A stretch of DNA of 64,000 bases from Eledone cirrhosa (Eukaryota), in the NCBI GenBank assembly GCA_964016885.1, contig OZ024761.1, positions 9,610,001 to 9,674,000 on the forward strand, written 5' to 3'. The position numbers and the translations under genes were made by a program. The notes beneath the pieces were generated by a model, which had not been told where the DNA came from, did not search any database, and saw only the letters and a program-made list of their open reading frames with translations. The stretch's first letter is position 1. Each line of letters opens with the position of its first letter. Positions 1 to 14,577 of this stretch are shown here, piece by piece.

Positions 1-43
1 GTTTGGTGTTGGAAATGATAGTTGTTCTGTGTTGGTATGTTAG

Positions 44-516
44 TCTGGTGGTGTGGTTGTGTGGTGGTGTGTGGTGTGGTGTAGTGTGGTGTAGTGTAGT
101 GTAGTGTGGTGTGGTGTGGTGTAGTGTGGTGTGGTGTAGTGTAGTGTGGTGTAGTGTGGTGTGGTGTGGTGTAGTGTGGTGTAGTGTGGTGTAGTGTGGT
201 GTGGTGTAGTGTGGTGTAGTGTGGTGTAGTGTGGTGTAGTGTGGTGTAGTGTGGTGTAGTGTGGTGTGGTGTGGTGTGGTGTGGTGTGGTGTGGTGTGGT
301 GTAGTGTGGTGTGGTGTAGTGTGGTGTAGTGTAGTGTGGTGTAGTGTGGTGTAGTGTGGTGTAGTGTGGTGTGCTGTGGTGTGGTGTGGTGTGGTGTGGT
401 GTGGTGTGGTGTGGTGTGGTGTAGTGTGGTGTGGTGTAGTGTGGTGTAGTGTGGTGTGGTGTAGTGTGGTGTAGTGTGGTGTGGTGTAGTGTGGTGTAGT
501 GTGGTGTGGTGTGGTG
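44..516. repeat. (GTGTG/GTGTA)n pentanucleotide satellite
   Basis: Direct inspection. Confidence 0.95.
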
Positions 517-677
517 TTGCAGTGTGTTCACATGTATGTATGTATTAAACTTCAGCTTTAGTCATGCGCGCGCGCGCGTGTGTAAAAGGTAAACAGAAAT
601 AACAAAAAATAACAAAACAAACGGCACAGTACATGGAAGAAATATATTAGTTTAACGCTTGAAATAGCAGGAAGAGA

Positions 678-714
678 GTCGTAACGTTTCGGACACTAGT
701 CCTTCATCAAAGAT
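678..714 (-). ncRNA. Minimal hammerhead motif (family A, C3 changed to U)
   Basis: Reverse complement: TCT-TTGATGA-A-GGAC-TAGT-GTCC-GAAACGT-T-ACGA. Confidence 0.5.
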
Positions 715-807
715 AGAGTTGGAATTAGAATATAAATAGAAAGTAAAAAGTGGTGAGAAGAAGGGACGGGGAAAAGGAGGAAAATACACATGCGTATTCA
801 GTCGGCC

Positions 808-936
<129 letters not shown>

Positions 937-954
937 GCTATGTATTAGGAATTA

Positions 955-1312
955 CCTTCTTTAGGTGCAACTAGAAGGAGAATCAGAGTGGTGAGAGAGG
1001 CACTGCACCCCAGTAAATTTACTGAAAGGTGGATGAATGTGGCAAAAATGGCCCGAGTGATTGGGCGTTCTTTGTAGGTTGAAGAAGAGAGCAAAAGGAA
1101 GAAAGGAGCGCTTGCACAACATGCTCCGGGAGTTGTTCTATCTACGGCTTATAAAACAACCCCTTTCTAACGCCTCCCCCCATTGGGGATTTCGATTGTT
1201 GAATTTGTATGTTAAAATTTTTTACACGATTGTATGTAAAATCCCCGGCATATGTCTTTGTTTTGTCCCCTTTTCTTGTGCGACCTTGTGGCAAATAAAG
1301 AAATATATCTAT
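955..1312 (+). mobile_element. Tx1-like LINE 3' end fragment
   Basis: Similar to 5750-6125. Follows (TATC)n at 808-936 and ends AATAAAGAAATATATCT. Confidence 0.8.
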
Positions 1313-1481
1313 TAGGAATTACCAGTTTAGACTAATAAGACCATTGTTCCACTAAGTACTCAATACGTAGGAAAGCAGAGTTACTGCCCGACGGCTGAGC
1401 TACATGGAGGATAGATAAGTGATGCATTTTGGAGCGATCAAATTCGTGACATAGATGAAGTAGTTTTCCTTTTTTACTAAC

Positions 1482-1577
<96 letters not shown>

Positions 1578-1797
1578 GCCTGTGTGTATGTATTGGGTCG
1601 TCAAGTATGAAATTTGTAGAAAAAAAAAACAAATTTCTACAAATTTCATACTTGACGACCCAATATATAGCAGAGTAAAAATAAATATCCAACATATGAC
1701 ATTTTCCCTGTTGTCATTCCGACCATTTCGTATACCATTTTGTATTCATTTATATCAATTACATAATTTTCTTTCTTATCATTATTAAATGATATAT

Positions 1798-2058
1798 CTG
1801 TAAATTAAAGGTGGAAAACTGGGAGAGGGCACTTGCCTTGGTGGTCAGGGTCATTGTGGCTTTTTACTGGGCTTTCTCCACAAATGTCCCTCCGAAGTCT
1901 CCCCCCTATTGGGGAATTTTTCATTGTTATTTTTTGTTACATCCTCTGTTTTTGTTTTTTACACGCAGAAATGCCCATTTGTACCGTCCTGCATTGTCCT
2001 GCACTGTCCTTAATGTCTACTTTATCTAAACCCTTGTGGTTAATAAAGAAATCATTAA
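1798..2058 (+). mobile_element. Tx1-like 3' UTR fragment
   Basis: Near-identical to the reverse complement of 52015-52290. Ends AATAAAGAAATCATT. Confidence 0.75.
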
Positions 2059-2894
2059 ATGATATATCAAGTATATTACAATGTCTTTGAATTATGTCTG
2101 TCTGTCTATCTATCTTTGGACTGCTATAGGGATTTGTGTTTTTGATTTTTGTTGTTCGAAGTTAGATACATTGGTAAGTATACATGATTAGATAACTATA
2201 GATTAACGGTGGCTTCAAACAGAAATGCAGGCAAACAGACAGATAAATAGATAGGTAGACCGATATACATACATACAAAATGGCTGCCCCCTTGATATCG
2301 AGTATGGCCATTGCACGATATAACATTATTAATAATTATCAATTAATGCTATCGTGCAATGCCTGTGCGCGAGGATTTTTATTAAAGTGAGGAAAGACTG
2401 TGCACTGAGCCAATCCCACTCTCTGAGCAACAGTAGCTTTAACCCGAAAAGAAGGAAAGATCAACATCATCGGTAACTACTGAGCCGCAGGTTTTATGCC
2501 GGAGTTATCCCAGTTTCCTGAGTTGCCTTCTCCTAGAAAAATGCTCTGACTTCTAACCATCTTGACAACATTGTTATAAGAGAGAGAAATATGGAGGAAC
2601 ATATCAAGTTATTTCAATGACAAATCTAACACGAAGTGGTCGTTACCCGACACTTGCGTTTTATTATTATGTTGAAAAAGTTTGTTATGGACGGATAGAA
2701 TTCAATAATATCAAATTGTACAGTTCTATCTCACATCTTTACTTTACTTTGAAACCGTTTCACGACTGAAATAATATTATTACATTTGTTTGTTATCAAC
2801 TTTAACCTTTTTATTACCATTTTTCTAATAAAAAACAATGATTTTTAATTTATTTTGAAAATAATCACGAATTTGTAAAGATCTCGTAACATAA

Positions 2895-4275
2895 CTTCTT
2901 TTTCTTCTTCACCCACTTATTCCCGAGAGGGTCGCGGTGTCAGAGTCCTCAAAGGATCCTTCCAGCGGGTCCTGTCCTCTTATTCCCGAGAGGGTCGCGG
3001 TGTCAGAGTCCTCAAACGATCCTTCCAGCGGGTCCCGTCCCCTTATTCCCGAGAGGGTCGCGGTGTCAGAGTCCTCAAAGGATCCTTCCAGCGAGTCCCG
3101 TCCCCTTATTCCCGAGAGGGTCGCGGTGTCAGAGTCCTCAAACAATCCTTCCAGCGAGTCCCGTCCCCTTATTCCCGAGAGGGTCACGGTGTCAGAGTCC
3201 TCAAACAATCCTTCCAGCGGGTCCTGTCCCCTTATTCCCGAGAGGGTCGCGGTGTCAGAGTCCTCAAACGATCCTTCCAGCGGGTCCTGTCCCCTTATTC
3301 CCGAGAGGGTCGTGGGGTCAGAGTCCTCAAACAATCCTTCCAGCGGGTCCTGTCCCCTTATTCCCGAGAGGGTCGTGGGCTCAGAGTCCTCAAACAATCC
3401 TTCCAGCGGGTCCTGTCCCCTTATTCCCGAGAGGATCGTGGGTTCAGAGTCCTCAAACAATCCTTCCAGCGGGTCCTGTCCCCTTATTCCCGAGAGGATC
3501 GTGGGTTCAGAGTCCTCAAACAATCCTTCCAGCGGGTCCTGTCCCCTTATTCCCGAGAGGGTCGTGGGCTCAGAGTCCTCAAACAATCCTTCCAGCGGGT
3601 CCTGTCCCCTTATTCCCGAGAGGGTCGTGGGCTCAGAGTCCTCAAACAATCCTTCCAGCGGGTCCTGTCCCCTTATTCCCGAGAGGATCGTGGGTTCAGA
3701 GTCCTCAAACAATCCTTCCAGCGGGTCCTGTCCCCTTATTCCCGAGAGGGTCGTGGGCTCAGAGTCCTCAAACAATCCTTCCAGCGGGTCCTGTCCCCTT
3801 ATTCCCGAGAGGATCGTGGGTTCAGAGTCCTCAAACAATCCTTCCAGCGGGTCCTGTCCCCTTATTCCCGAGAGGCTCGTGGGGTCAGAGTCCTCAAACA
3901 ATTCTTCCAGCGGGTCCTGTCCCCTTATTCCCGAGAGGGTCGTGGGGTCAGAGTCCTCAAACAATTCTTCCAGCGAGTCCTGTCCCCTTATTCCCGAGAG
4001 GGTCGTGGGGTCAGAGTCCTCAAACAATCCTTCCAGCGGGTCCTGTCAGAAGCAACCATCTTTAATTGATCCGAGTGGATCCCCAAGCGAGACCAGCCAA
4101 GCTCATGGATGTTATCCAACCATTTTGCTCGGGGTCTACCTCCTGGGTATCCTGCCGGTTGGTTATGCCAGTAAAATCTGTCCAACGATTCTCTCCCCGA
4201 AACATTCTAACCACATGCCCATAGTATAGAATCTGTGATCTCTCAATTCGGAGACGTGTAGCCAGGACAGGATTT
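2895..4275 (-). mobile_element. RTE-type LINE 3' fragment with tandemly amplified terminus and (GAA)-like tail
   Basis: GGRPRAKWLDNIHEL...DRTRWKDCL on the minus strand. Tail GAAGAAGAAAAAAGAAG at ~2895-2911. Confidence 0.75.
2912..4047. repeat. 63-bp minisatellite, ~18 copies
   Basis: TTATTCCCGAGAG recurs every 63 bp from 2917. Confidence 0.97.
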
Positions 4276-4399
4276 AATAGAGTGTGTGTGTGTGTCTGGG
4301 GGGGGGGGGGATTACCCTGGGCCCCCTTGCAGTAGGGTGCCCCACCAGTGACGGCTATAGCAATTTATTTGTGCCCTAAGCTGGGGATTTTATGTTTAG

Positions 4400-4806
4400 G
4401 ATGGTTACAGCATCGGACATTATGCTTTGCGGCATATAGTTACGGCCCTTTACATTCTGAGTTCAAATCCTGCCGAAGTTAACTTTGTTTTTCATCCTTA
4501 CGAGTTCGATAAAATAAAGTACCAGTAATACACTGGGGTCGATTTAATCGACTTTCACTCCCCCAAATTATTGGCCTTGTGCCTAAACCAGAAACCATTA
4601 TATATGTATGTATGTGTAAGGGCGGTGGATTGGCAGTATCGGTAGAGGGTCAGACGCCATGCTTTGCAGCAAAGAGTTACGTCCCTTTATGGTCTGAGTT
4701 CAAATCCCGCCGAGGTTAACTTTGCCTTTCATCCTTACGGGGTCGATAAAATAAAGTACCAGTAATACACTGGGATAATTGCTGGCCTTGTGCCAAAAGT
4801 AGAAAC

Positions 4807-4810
<4 letters not shown>
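4400..4810 (+). mobile_element. Two tandem copies of a tRNA-derived SINE (resembles octopus SINEs)
   Basis: GGCGGTGGATTGGCAG (A-box-like) ... GAGTTCAAATCCCGCC (B box) ... TTTGCCTTTCATCCTTACGGGGTCGATAAAATAAAGTACCAGT. Confidence 0.85.
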
Positions 4811-4859
<49 letters not shown>

Positions 4860-5054
4860 CATGTATATAAATGTGTGTGTGTATGTATATAAATGTGTCT
4901 GTGTGTGTATGTATATAAATGTGTGTGTACATATATATATATATGTGTGTGCGTGTGTGCGTGTGAGTACGTATATATATTTCTATATATTTATATATAC
5001 ATCAGTCCTAATAATCTATTCATTTATTCAGCCCCATTCTCATTCTCTATCTAT

Positions 5055-6125
5055 CTCCAGGTATTCCTCACCGACCCCCAACCGGTGTGGGCACCGTTTT
5101 TGAGACAGGCCTTCCCACAACTTGTCTCGCTGACGGAGCTGCAGTCCTGGGTCAAGCGAAGACCGAAGAAGATGGGCGCCTGGCACATTGAATACTCGCA
5201 GGCGCTCACAGTCCTCTGTCAAGCGGGCACAGCAATCAGTGGAGACTCCACTTCGGCATTCTATAGAGGGTTAGTAGTTTACAAGTGCGACGACGTGCTC
5301 GGGGAGACTCTAGGCGTCGAAGACGACGAGCTCACCGGTCTGTTCGGTAGGACTTTCCGCCCGGGACCTATGGACAACTTCCAGAGGTTCCTGGCCTGGC
5401 AGTGCTACCGAGGAGCTCTACCCGTTCGAGATAAGATCTACAGTCACGGACGCCCCGGCAGGGATCCTTCCAAGAGGACGTGTCCAAGATGCGAGCAAGA
5501 CATTGAAACCGTCTTGCACGCAATTGTACACTGCCCGGGCGTAAGCGACCTGTGGAACTATGCAGAACAACTGCTGGCAAATCCAGTTGACTGTCGAGTC
5601 CATAGTAAGGATCAAACCGCCAGCCTCTTTCAAAAACGAAAGAGAGGCGGTTTTCCTCTGTATAGTGGCTATGTTGAAAGACGTTATATGGTGGACGAGA
5701 TTGAGAGGACTGAGGACAGATGCCTTTCTCTCCGGACAACAACTCATTCCCTTCTTTAGGTACCACTTTAGAAGGAGAATCAGAATGGAGAGAGAGGCAC
5801 ATACCCCAGTAAATTTACTGAAAGGTGGGTGAATGAAGTGAAAATGGCCCGAGTGATTGGGCCTTCTCTGTTTATAAACCTGTAGGTTGAAGAAGAGAGC
5901 AAAAGGAAGAAAGGAGCACTTGCACAACACGCTCCTGGAGTTGAGGGTTGTTCTATCTACGGGGTATTAAACAACCCATTTGTGGCGCCTCTCCCCTATT
6001 GGGGATTTCGAATGTTATATTTGTTTGTTTCATATTTTTACACGATTGTATGTAAAATCCCCGGCATGTGTCTTTGTTTTGTCCCCTTTTCTTGTGTGCC
6101 CTTGTGGCTAATAAAGAAATATATC
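5055..6125 (+). mobile_element. Tx1-like LINE 3' fragment (frameshifted)
   Basis: LQVFLT..QPVWAPF..., PMDNFQ, CPRC match the C-terminus of the 14792 ORF. Ends AATAAAGAAAT followed by TATCTATCT and is preceded by CTATCTATCT. Confidence 0.9.
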
Positions 6126-7851
6126 TATCTAGCTACGTATCTGTCTATCTGTATATCTATCTACCTATTTAGCTGCCTATCTTCCTGTCTACCTACCTAC
6201 CCACCTACCTACCCATATACCTATCTACTTAATTACCTACCTGCCATCCTACCTATCTACCCACCTACATACCTACCCACCTCCCAACACACTTACATAC
6301 CTACCTACCCACCTACCTACCTACCTACATACCTACATACCTACCCACCTACCAACACACCTACATACCTATCTACCTACCTACCTACCCACCTACCTAC
6401 CCACCCACATGCCTATCTACCTACCCACCTACCCATCCACATACCCACCTACCCATCCACATACCCACCTACCCACCTACTTAATTACCTACCTGCCATC
6501 CTACTTCCCCTACCTATCTATCTGTTTATCCACCCATCCATCTATCCATCCACTCCCTCCCTTACCCATCTATCTATTTATACCCCCCCCCCCCACACAC
6601 ACACACACCCTACCCCTCCACCCTACCCCACACAATACTTCCACTTCAGAAGCTGGTGGAATGGATTAAACTCAGTGCAAAAGTTATTAAGTTCGATGTG
6701 TTACCTAAAACGACTACAACCCACCCGACCCGACCCCACACCCGCACCCCAACACACCAACACACTTCTTCCCCCACCCCCTCTACTCCACCCACCCCAC
6801 CACCACCACCACCACCACCACCACCACCACCACCAACCCTCTACAACGCATCTATCCGCGCCTTCATGACACCATTTGTTACACCAGCACACACCCGCTC
6901 TAAAAACAACACATGCTTGTGCGGTGTTTATACACAAACACGCACACACAAGCACACACACACACGCACGTACACACACGTACATACACACACGTACACG
7001 CATGTACACACACGTACACACACGTACACGCATGTACACACACGTACACGCACGTAAACGCACGTACACGCACGTACACACACGTACACACACGTACGCC
7101 TACAAACACACACACACGCACACATATCTATATACACACACACATACATATACACACACATATACATATACACAATACATATACACACATACTTATACAC
7201 ACGTGTGTGCGTACAAACACACACACACACCCATGTGTGCGTACAAACACACATATATATACATATATACACACATATATACATACACACACACACACAC
7301 ACTTATATACGCATATACACACACGCCTACAAACACACACACCCGTACATACACACACACACCGCACACACGCATACATCTCCGCCTCCGGGCACTCATA
7401 CCATATGTAAACTACAGGCACACACACACACAGATATATATATATATCAACACAAATATATATATATATATATTTGTGTTTATATATATATATTTATATA
7501 TAAATATATTTATATATATTTATATATATATATATATCTAGAAGTTATATTTAAATTGTTGGGATACAACAAGCAAATATTTTTATAACTGATATAAAGC
7601 ACTCAACAAATAATTGGAGTAAAAATACGATATTAACAAATGGAAACTATATTTATAAAACCATATTTATTTCATTATACATATTTCAAGGACACCAAGT
7701 TAAATTATGGTGTGCTTTCATCAGATAAAATATAATATAGATCAGTTTTATAAATAAATATTAACATACCCTTAAAGAATGCAAACTGTTGGAAGTTTTG
7801 CATTCTTTAAGGGTATGTCAATATTTATTTATAAAACTGATCTATATTATA

Positions 7852-7912
7852 TTTTATCTGATGAAAGCACACCATAATTTAACTTGGTGTCCTTGAAATA
7901 TGTATAATGAAA
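7852..7912 (+). ncRNA. Type I hammerhead motif (family B); mirrored on the minus strand at 7670-7730
   Basis: TTTTAT-CTGATGA-AAG.ACACCA..TGGTGT.CTT-GAA-ATATGTAT-A-ATGAAA. Confidence 0.72.
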
Positions 7913-7953
7913 TAAATATGGTTTTATAAATATAGTTTCCATTTGTTAATATC

Positions 7954-8026
<73 letters not shown>

Positions 8027-8047
8027 TACATATATGTATATATAAAC

Positions 8048-8107
<60 letters not shown>

Positions 8108-8188
8108 ACCTGTACATGCCACGCACAATTTGCTATTGCTGTTGTAGTAGTAGATATAACAAGACACCTACTACTACTATTACTACAT

Positions 8189-8222
<34 letters not shown>

Positions 8223-8426
8223 AACCACTACTACTACTACTACTACTACTACTGCTACTACATCTGCTGCTACTACATCATCATCATCATCCTCAATAAC
8301 AACATAAGATGTCGCGAGGTATCACTTCCGGCGATTTTGAGTTCCGAGTTCAAATTCTGCCAAAAGATGACCTCTACTGATGACCATGGGAGGTTCACCC
8401 GACCCACGGACCATAATCGATTTTGA

Positions 8427-9576
8427 TAGGGTGTGCAACATATTCCATTGGGGGCCACTTTTGAACATTGGAACAACTATTAGGGCCATTAATATTCCTT
8501 AAGCACTATTCCAAAGATTCACCACAACTTCTTTCCATAAAACGGAACTGGGAAATTATAACACATAACCCTATCAGTGAAGCCCTTTAGTATAGGTCAA
8601 AACCACAACTTCTTTCCATAACATGGAACTGGGAAATTATAACACATAACCCTATCAGTGAAGCCCTTTAGTATAGGTCAAAACCACAACTTCTTTCCAT
8701 AACATGGAACTAGGGAATTATAACACATAACCCTATCAGTGAAGCCCTTTAGTATAGGTCAAAACCACAACTTCTTTCCATAACATGGAACTAGGGAATT
8801 ATAACACATAACCCTATCAGTGAAGCCCTTTAGTATAGGTCAAAACCACAACTTCTTTCCATAACATGGAACTAGGGAATTATAACACATAACCCTATCA
8901 GTGAAGCCCTTTAGTATAGGTCAAAACCATAACTTCTTTCCATAACATGGAACTGGGAAATTATAACACATAACCCTATCAGTGAATCAGTGAAGCCCTT
9001 TAGTATAGGTCAAAACCACAACTTCTTTCCATAACATGGAACTGGGAAATTATAACACATAACCCTATCAGTGAATCAGTGAAGCCCTTTAGTATAGATC
9101 AAAACCACAACTTGTTTCCATAACATGGAACTAGGGAATTATAACACATAACCCTATCAGTGAAGCCCTTTAGTATAGGTCAAAACCACAACTTCTTTCC
9201 ATAACATGGAACTAGGGAATTATAACACATAACCCTATCAGTGAATCAGTGAAGCCCTTTAGTATAGATCAAAACCACAACTTCTTTCCATAACATGGAA
9301 CTAGGGAATTATAACACATAACCCTATCAGTGAAGCCCTTTAGTATAGGTCAAAACCACAACTTCTTTCCATAACATGGAACTGGGAAATTATAACACAT
9401 AACCCTATCAGTGAAGCCCTTTAGTATTGGTCAACTAACAGAAAATAGTATTACGGTTACGAAAAAAATTCTAAATAAGCCTACAAGGTAAAAGTTAAAA
9501 ATTGTCATCTCGGGCCACTCTGACTGGTCTGGTGGGCCGGATTGTGGCCCGTGGGCCGCCTGTTGCACGCCCCTGG
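8427..9576. mobile_element. Non-autonomous hAT-like element carrying an internal tandem array
   Basis: Imperfect TIRs TAGGGTGTGCAAC / GTTGCACGCCCCTG. Subterminal GGGCCGGATTGTGGCCCGTGGGCCGC is typical of hAT ends. Right flank GTCTAAAG; no matching left TSD is visible. Confidence 0.55.
8522..9433. repeat. 81-bp minisatellite (some 89-bp units), ~11 copies
   Basis: ACCACAACTT at 8602, 8683, ... Some units carry a duplicated ATCAGTGA. Confidence 0.95.
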
Positions 9577-9794
9577 TCTAAAGTCTGTCTCGAACCCGGA
9601 GACTCACCAGGCCGGTGCTTATCCCTTTTTCCATGGCGTTAAGCGACTAAGAGTACAAGACTTAGTCTGGACAGGACGCCAGTCCATCGCAAGGTTAAAC
9701 CTCCAGCTATTACTGGTACTCATTTTCAGTTCAGTATTACTGACGCAAGAACACACCACGCAACCCAGTCCATAATATATGTGTACATGTGTGT

Positions 9795-9835
<41 letters not shown>

Positions 9836-9954
9836 CGCCCGCACACATGTATGTATATATATTCTTATTTATGACTTATTTATTTCACGTATCATCTTGT
9901 ATGAGCACATACACACATACACACTCACACATACATACACATATATACATACGC

Positions 9955-9985
<31 letters not shown>

Positions 9986-10125
9986 TTCATATATACATAC
10001 ACATATATACATACGCACACATACATATACACACTCACTCACACATATATACATACATGCTTATATACATGCACGTACTGACTCATTAAAGGTATGTTTG
10101 GCATTTTGTTTGGTCTGCTTAAATT

Positions 10126-10165
<40 letters not shown>

Positions 10166-10288
10166 CAGTTGTTGTTGTTGTTAAGGATCCCGTTTCAATC
10201 CCTTACTTCAAGTCACCGAAATAAGATGGGGTCACTGCGTATCTGTTTATAAAGAATCTAGGAAACAGAGAAGATAAATTACTATTAT

Positions 10289-10672
10289 GGCGGTGAATTG
10301 GCAGGATCGGTAGAGGGTCAGACATGCTTTCCAGCGTAGTTACGTCCCTTTACGGACTGAGTTCAAATCCCGCCGAGGTTAACTTTGCCTTTCATCCTTA
10401 CGGGGTCGATAAAATAAAGTACCAGTAATGTACTGGTTAATTGCTGGCCTTGTGCCAAAGGTAGAAACAATTATTATTATTATGGCGGTGGATTGGCAGT
10501 ATCGGTAGAGGGTCTGGCGTCATGCTTTGCAGCATAGAGTTAAGGCCCTTACCATTCTGAATTCAAATCCCGTCGAGGTTAACATTGCCTTTCATCCTTA
10601 CGGGGTCGATAAAATAAAGTACCAGTAATACACTGGTTAATTGCTGGCCTTCTGCTAAAGGTAGAAACAATT
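10289..10672 (+). mobile_element. Two tandem SINE copies, same family
   Basis: Same head, B box and tail. Confidence 0.85.
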
Positions 10673-10689
10673 ATATTATTTCGTAAATT

Positions 10690-10968
10690 GTTATTGTTAT
10701 TTATATTGTTTACACGTTGTATATGTAAAACCCCACTCTCCCTGTCTTTTGTATATGTCGGTCCTTGTGGTTTTCATCTGCCTGGTGGCCATGGCGAAAG
10801 AGATTGTGTGGTGGACAAGGTTAAAAGGGTTAAAGGCAGACACTTTCCTCTTCGGCGAATCCCTAATTAACTTTTTCAAGTTTCACTTGAAGAGGAAAAT
10901 CAGGGTGGAGAGGCAAGTGCTGCCCTCTAGCAAGTTTGTTGAAAGGTGGGTGAATGTAGCGAGAATGG
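10690..10968 (+). mobile_element. Tx1-like fragment (3' UTR piece followed by ORF2 C-terminus)
   Basis: VFICLVAMAKEIVWWTRLKGL...ERWVNVARM matches the C-terminus of the 14792 ORF. Confidence 0.75.
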
Positions 10969-11300
10969 TAAGGAACCAGATAGACCATAACGCACCAGAG
11001 TACTCAATACTTAGGGTAGTAGAGTGGGTAATAGGAAAATGTATGACCCCAACGGCAGAGCTCAAGCCGTTTCGATGCCTATTTCTGGACTAAATTAGAA
11101 TTTTTAGCCTGGTAAATAAATAGCTGAACTTTTCAAGGGGAACTTCCTTATATGGGAAGATTGTAGTTGTCAAGAGGATTGGTCAAAATTTCTTGATGTT
11201 AGTGTGTGTGTGTGTAGAAGGTAAACAGAAATGACAAAACAAACGGCACAGTAGATGGAAGAAATATATTAGTTTAACGCTTGAAATAGCAGGAAGGGAG

Positions 11301-11336
11301 TCTTAACATTTCAGACGCTAGTCCTTCGTCAGAAGA
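11301..11336 (-). ncRNA. Minimal hammerhead motif (family A)
   Basis: Reverse complement: TCTT-CTGACGA-A-GGAC-TAGC-GTCT-GAAATGT-T-AAGA. Confidence 0.6.
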
Positions 11337-11712
11337 TAGAGTTAGAAATAAAAAAAATAGAAAGTAAAGAGTGATAAGAGGAAGGAAGGAGGAACAATAA
11401 GGAAAAAAATGAATACATGCGAATTCAGTTGGACATCTTGGAGAGAGGCTCGTCAAATGGTATCTTCCGCGTTAGAGAGCTTTTGGAAGGAAGGTAATCA
11501 ATATGTATGAGCGGTGGACATGTGCGCATGAGCGTGAAGATGTGTTCGTATGACTGAAGCGTTGAATATATATTTGTCAAACTATTTAAACGTATGTTAT
11601 TACTCTAAGGACCTACCCTTATTGAGTGCTTTGCTAACTCATTCCTATTGTAGGTCGACTTTGCTTGGCCACAGCCAAAGCTTCGATTTTACTAAGCTCC
11701 CACTTGTATATG

Positions 11713-11764
<52 letters not shown>

Positions 11765-12075
11765 TAACGGATTGAAGTTTAAGCAAAGAATCGCTGCTTT
11801 CACCCTTAACGGGATCTTCTGAAACTATTTATTTTAATGAATATTTGCTCTATGGTTTTTATATATTTAATATATATTTATCCTTAACGAGCCTTCACAT
11901 TTGTTATTATCACTATATATATAGCAGAGCAGTTTTCCAATATCCTATGCGAACTGGTGCAACCACACGTTTATGCACAAAATAGTCGGCGAGAAGGTGG
12001 CTGGAGAGGGTTTAAGATGCAGATGTTTGTTCGTCTTATGTAACTGTTTTCATTTGTGCATTTTGTTGCCGATAC

Positions 12076-13253
<1,178 letters not shown>

Positions 13254-14086
13254 AGTATATATGATGCTGATGCGGAAGGTGGTGATGGCGATGATTGATA
13301 GTGATGATGGTGGCGGTGGTGATGGTGGGGGTGGGGGGTGATGAAAACTGTGTGTAGGGAGGAGGTGAAGGGGAGGGGAGGGAAAGGCAAGCAGCATCTC
13401 CGTGAATCTTTTAATTGTAATAGACTGAAATCTTTAGAGCACTTGATGAACTCAGGGTATCCACCCAGCTGCCACCGCCACCGCCTCCACCTCCTCCTAC
13501 ATCACCACCTTCAGCATTTCCCCCTCCACAGCCACGACCACCACCACCGTCACCATCACCACGCTTCTCTAATCCGCCACCGCAAATACCACCATCACCA
13601 CCACCGCAACCACAATCCCCCCCACCTCAATCACCACCACCACCACCACCACCACCACCGCAACCACAATCCCCCCCACCTCAATCTCCACCACCACCAC
13701 CACCACCACCACAAACACCTTTCCTAACTCCTCCTCCCCTTCCCCCTCCATTACCCCCCCCCCCACACGAGACAATTAAATACATAAACAAAAATAGAGA
13801 TTACTATAACAACAACAACAACAACAAAACAATTATCTTCACTAATGTACATTTAATATAGCCCCTCCCCATCCCCTCCCTCCCCCTCTTCACCATATCC
13901 CTCACCACTTCTCTTTCCTCGTCGTCCTCATGCCCCCACCCCCTTCCACACAGCGGCTCTTAACCTCACCCCCCCTCTTTCTGACGTCGCTGTACTTCAC
14001 ACTCCCCCCCCTCTCTCTCTTCCCCCTTTTGCTATCCACTATCTTTCACCCAGCCACTCACGATTTTCTTAGCTCAAACCCCGTCT

Positions 14087-14117
<31 letters not shown>

Positions 14118-14285
14118 CACACACACACATATATATATATATATGTATATATAAATGCACACACACATATATATTCATACACACACACGCATATATATAA
14201 ATGCACACACACACATATATTCATACACACACACACATATATATATATATATATTAGTTTAACGCTTGATATAGTAGGAAAAGAG

Positions 14286-14321
14286 TCTTAACGTTTCGGA
14301 TATTAGTCCTTCATCAGAAGA
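14286..14321 (-). ncRNA. Minimal hammerhead motif (family A)
   Basis: Reverse complement: TCTT-CTGATGA-A-GGAC-TAAT-ATCC-GAAACGT-T-AAGA. Confidence 0.68.
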
Positions 14322-14453
14322 TAGAATGAGAAATAAAAGAAAAATCGAAAAGATAGAAGAGAGTGAGAAGAGAAAGAAACGGAAATTTTTTGTGGGGGAG
14401 TGGGGGGAGGTTGTGTGTGTCCAATGATCCACGTGTATATATATGTGTGTGCG

Positions 14454-14485
<32 letters not shown>

Positions 14486-14529
14486 TAGAGATAGATAGAT
14501 ATGTTTCTTTATTAGCCACAGGGAGATAG

Positions 14530-14574
<45 letters not shown>

Positions 14575-14577
<3 letters not shown>

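Noticed and set aside
2909-4229. 372-aa and 430-aa repetitive ORFs
   Set aside because: By-products of a 63-bp (multiple of 3) array. The ancestral LINE frame has a stop in every unit.
4621-4715. tRNA genes at SINE heads (also 42023-42090)
   Set aside because: A/B boxes are present but there is no proper cloverleaf, and they are attached to multicopy SINE bodies.
6645-6712. Possible terminal exon (minus; TTTTAG|GT..NTSNLITFALSLIHSTSF-stop) and unique islands at 13385-13470, 33000-33140, 37010-37280, 63420-63510
   Set aside because: No recognisable protein similarity or paired splice signals.
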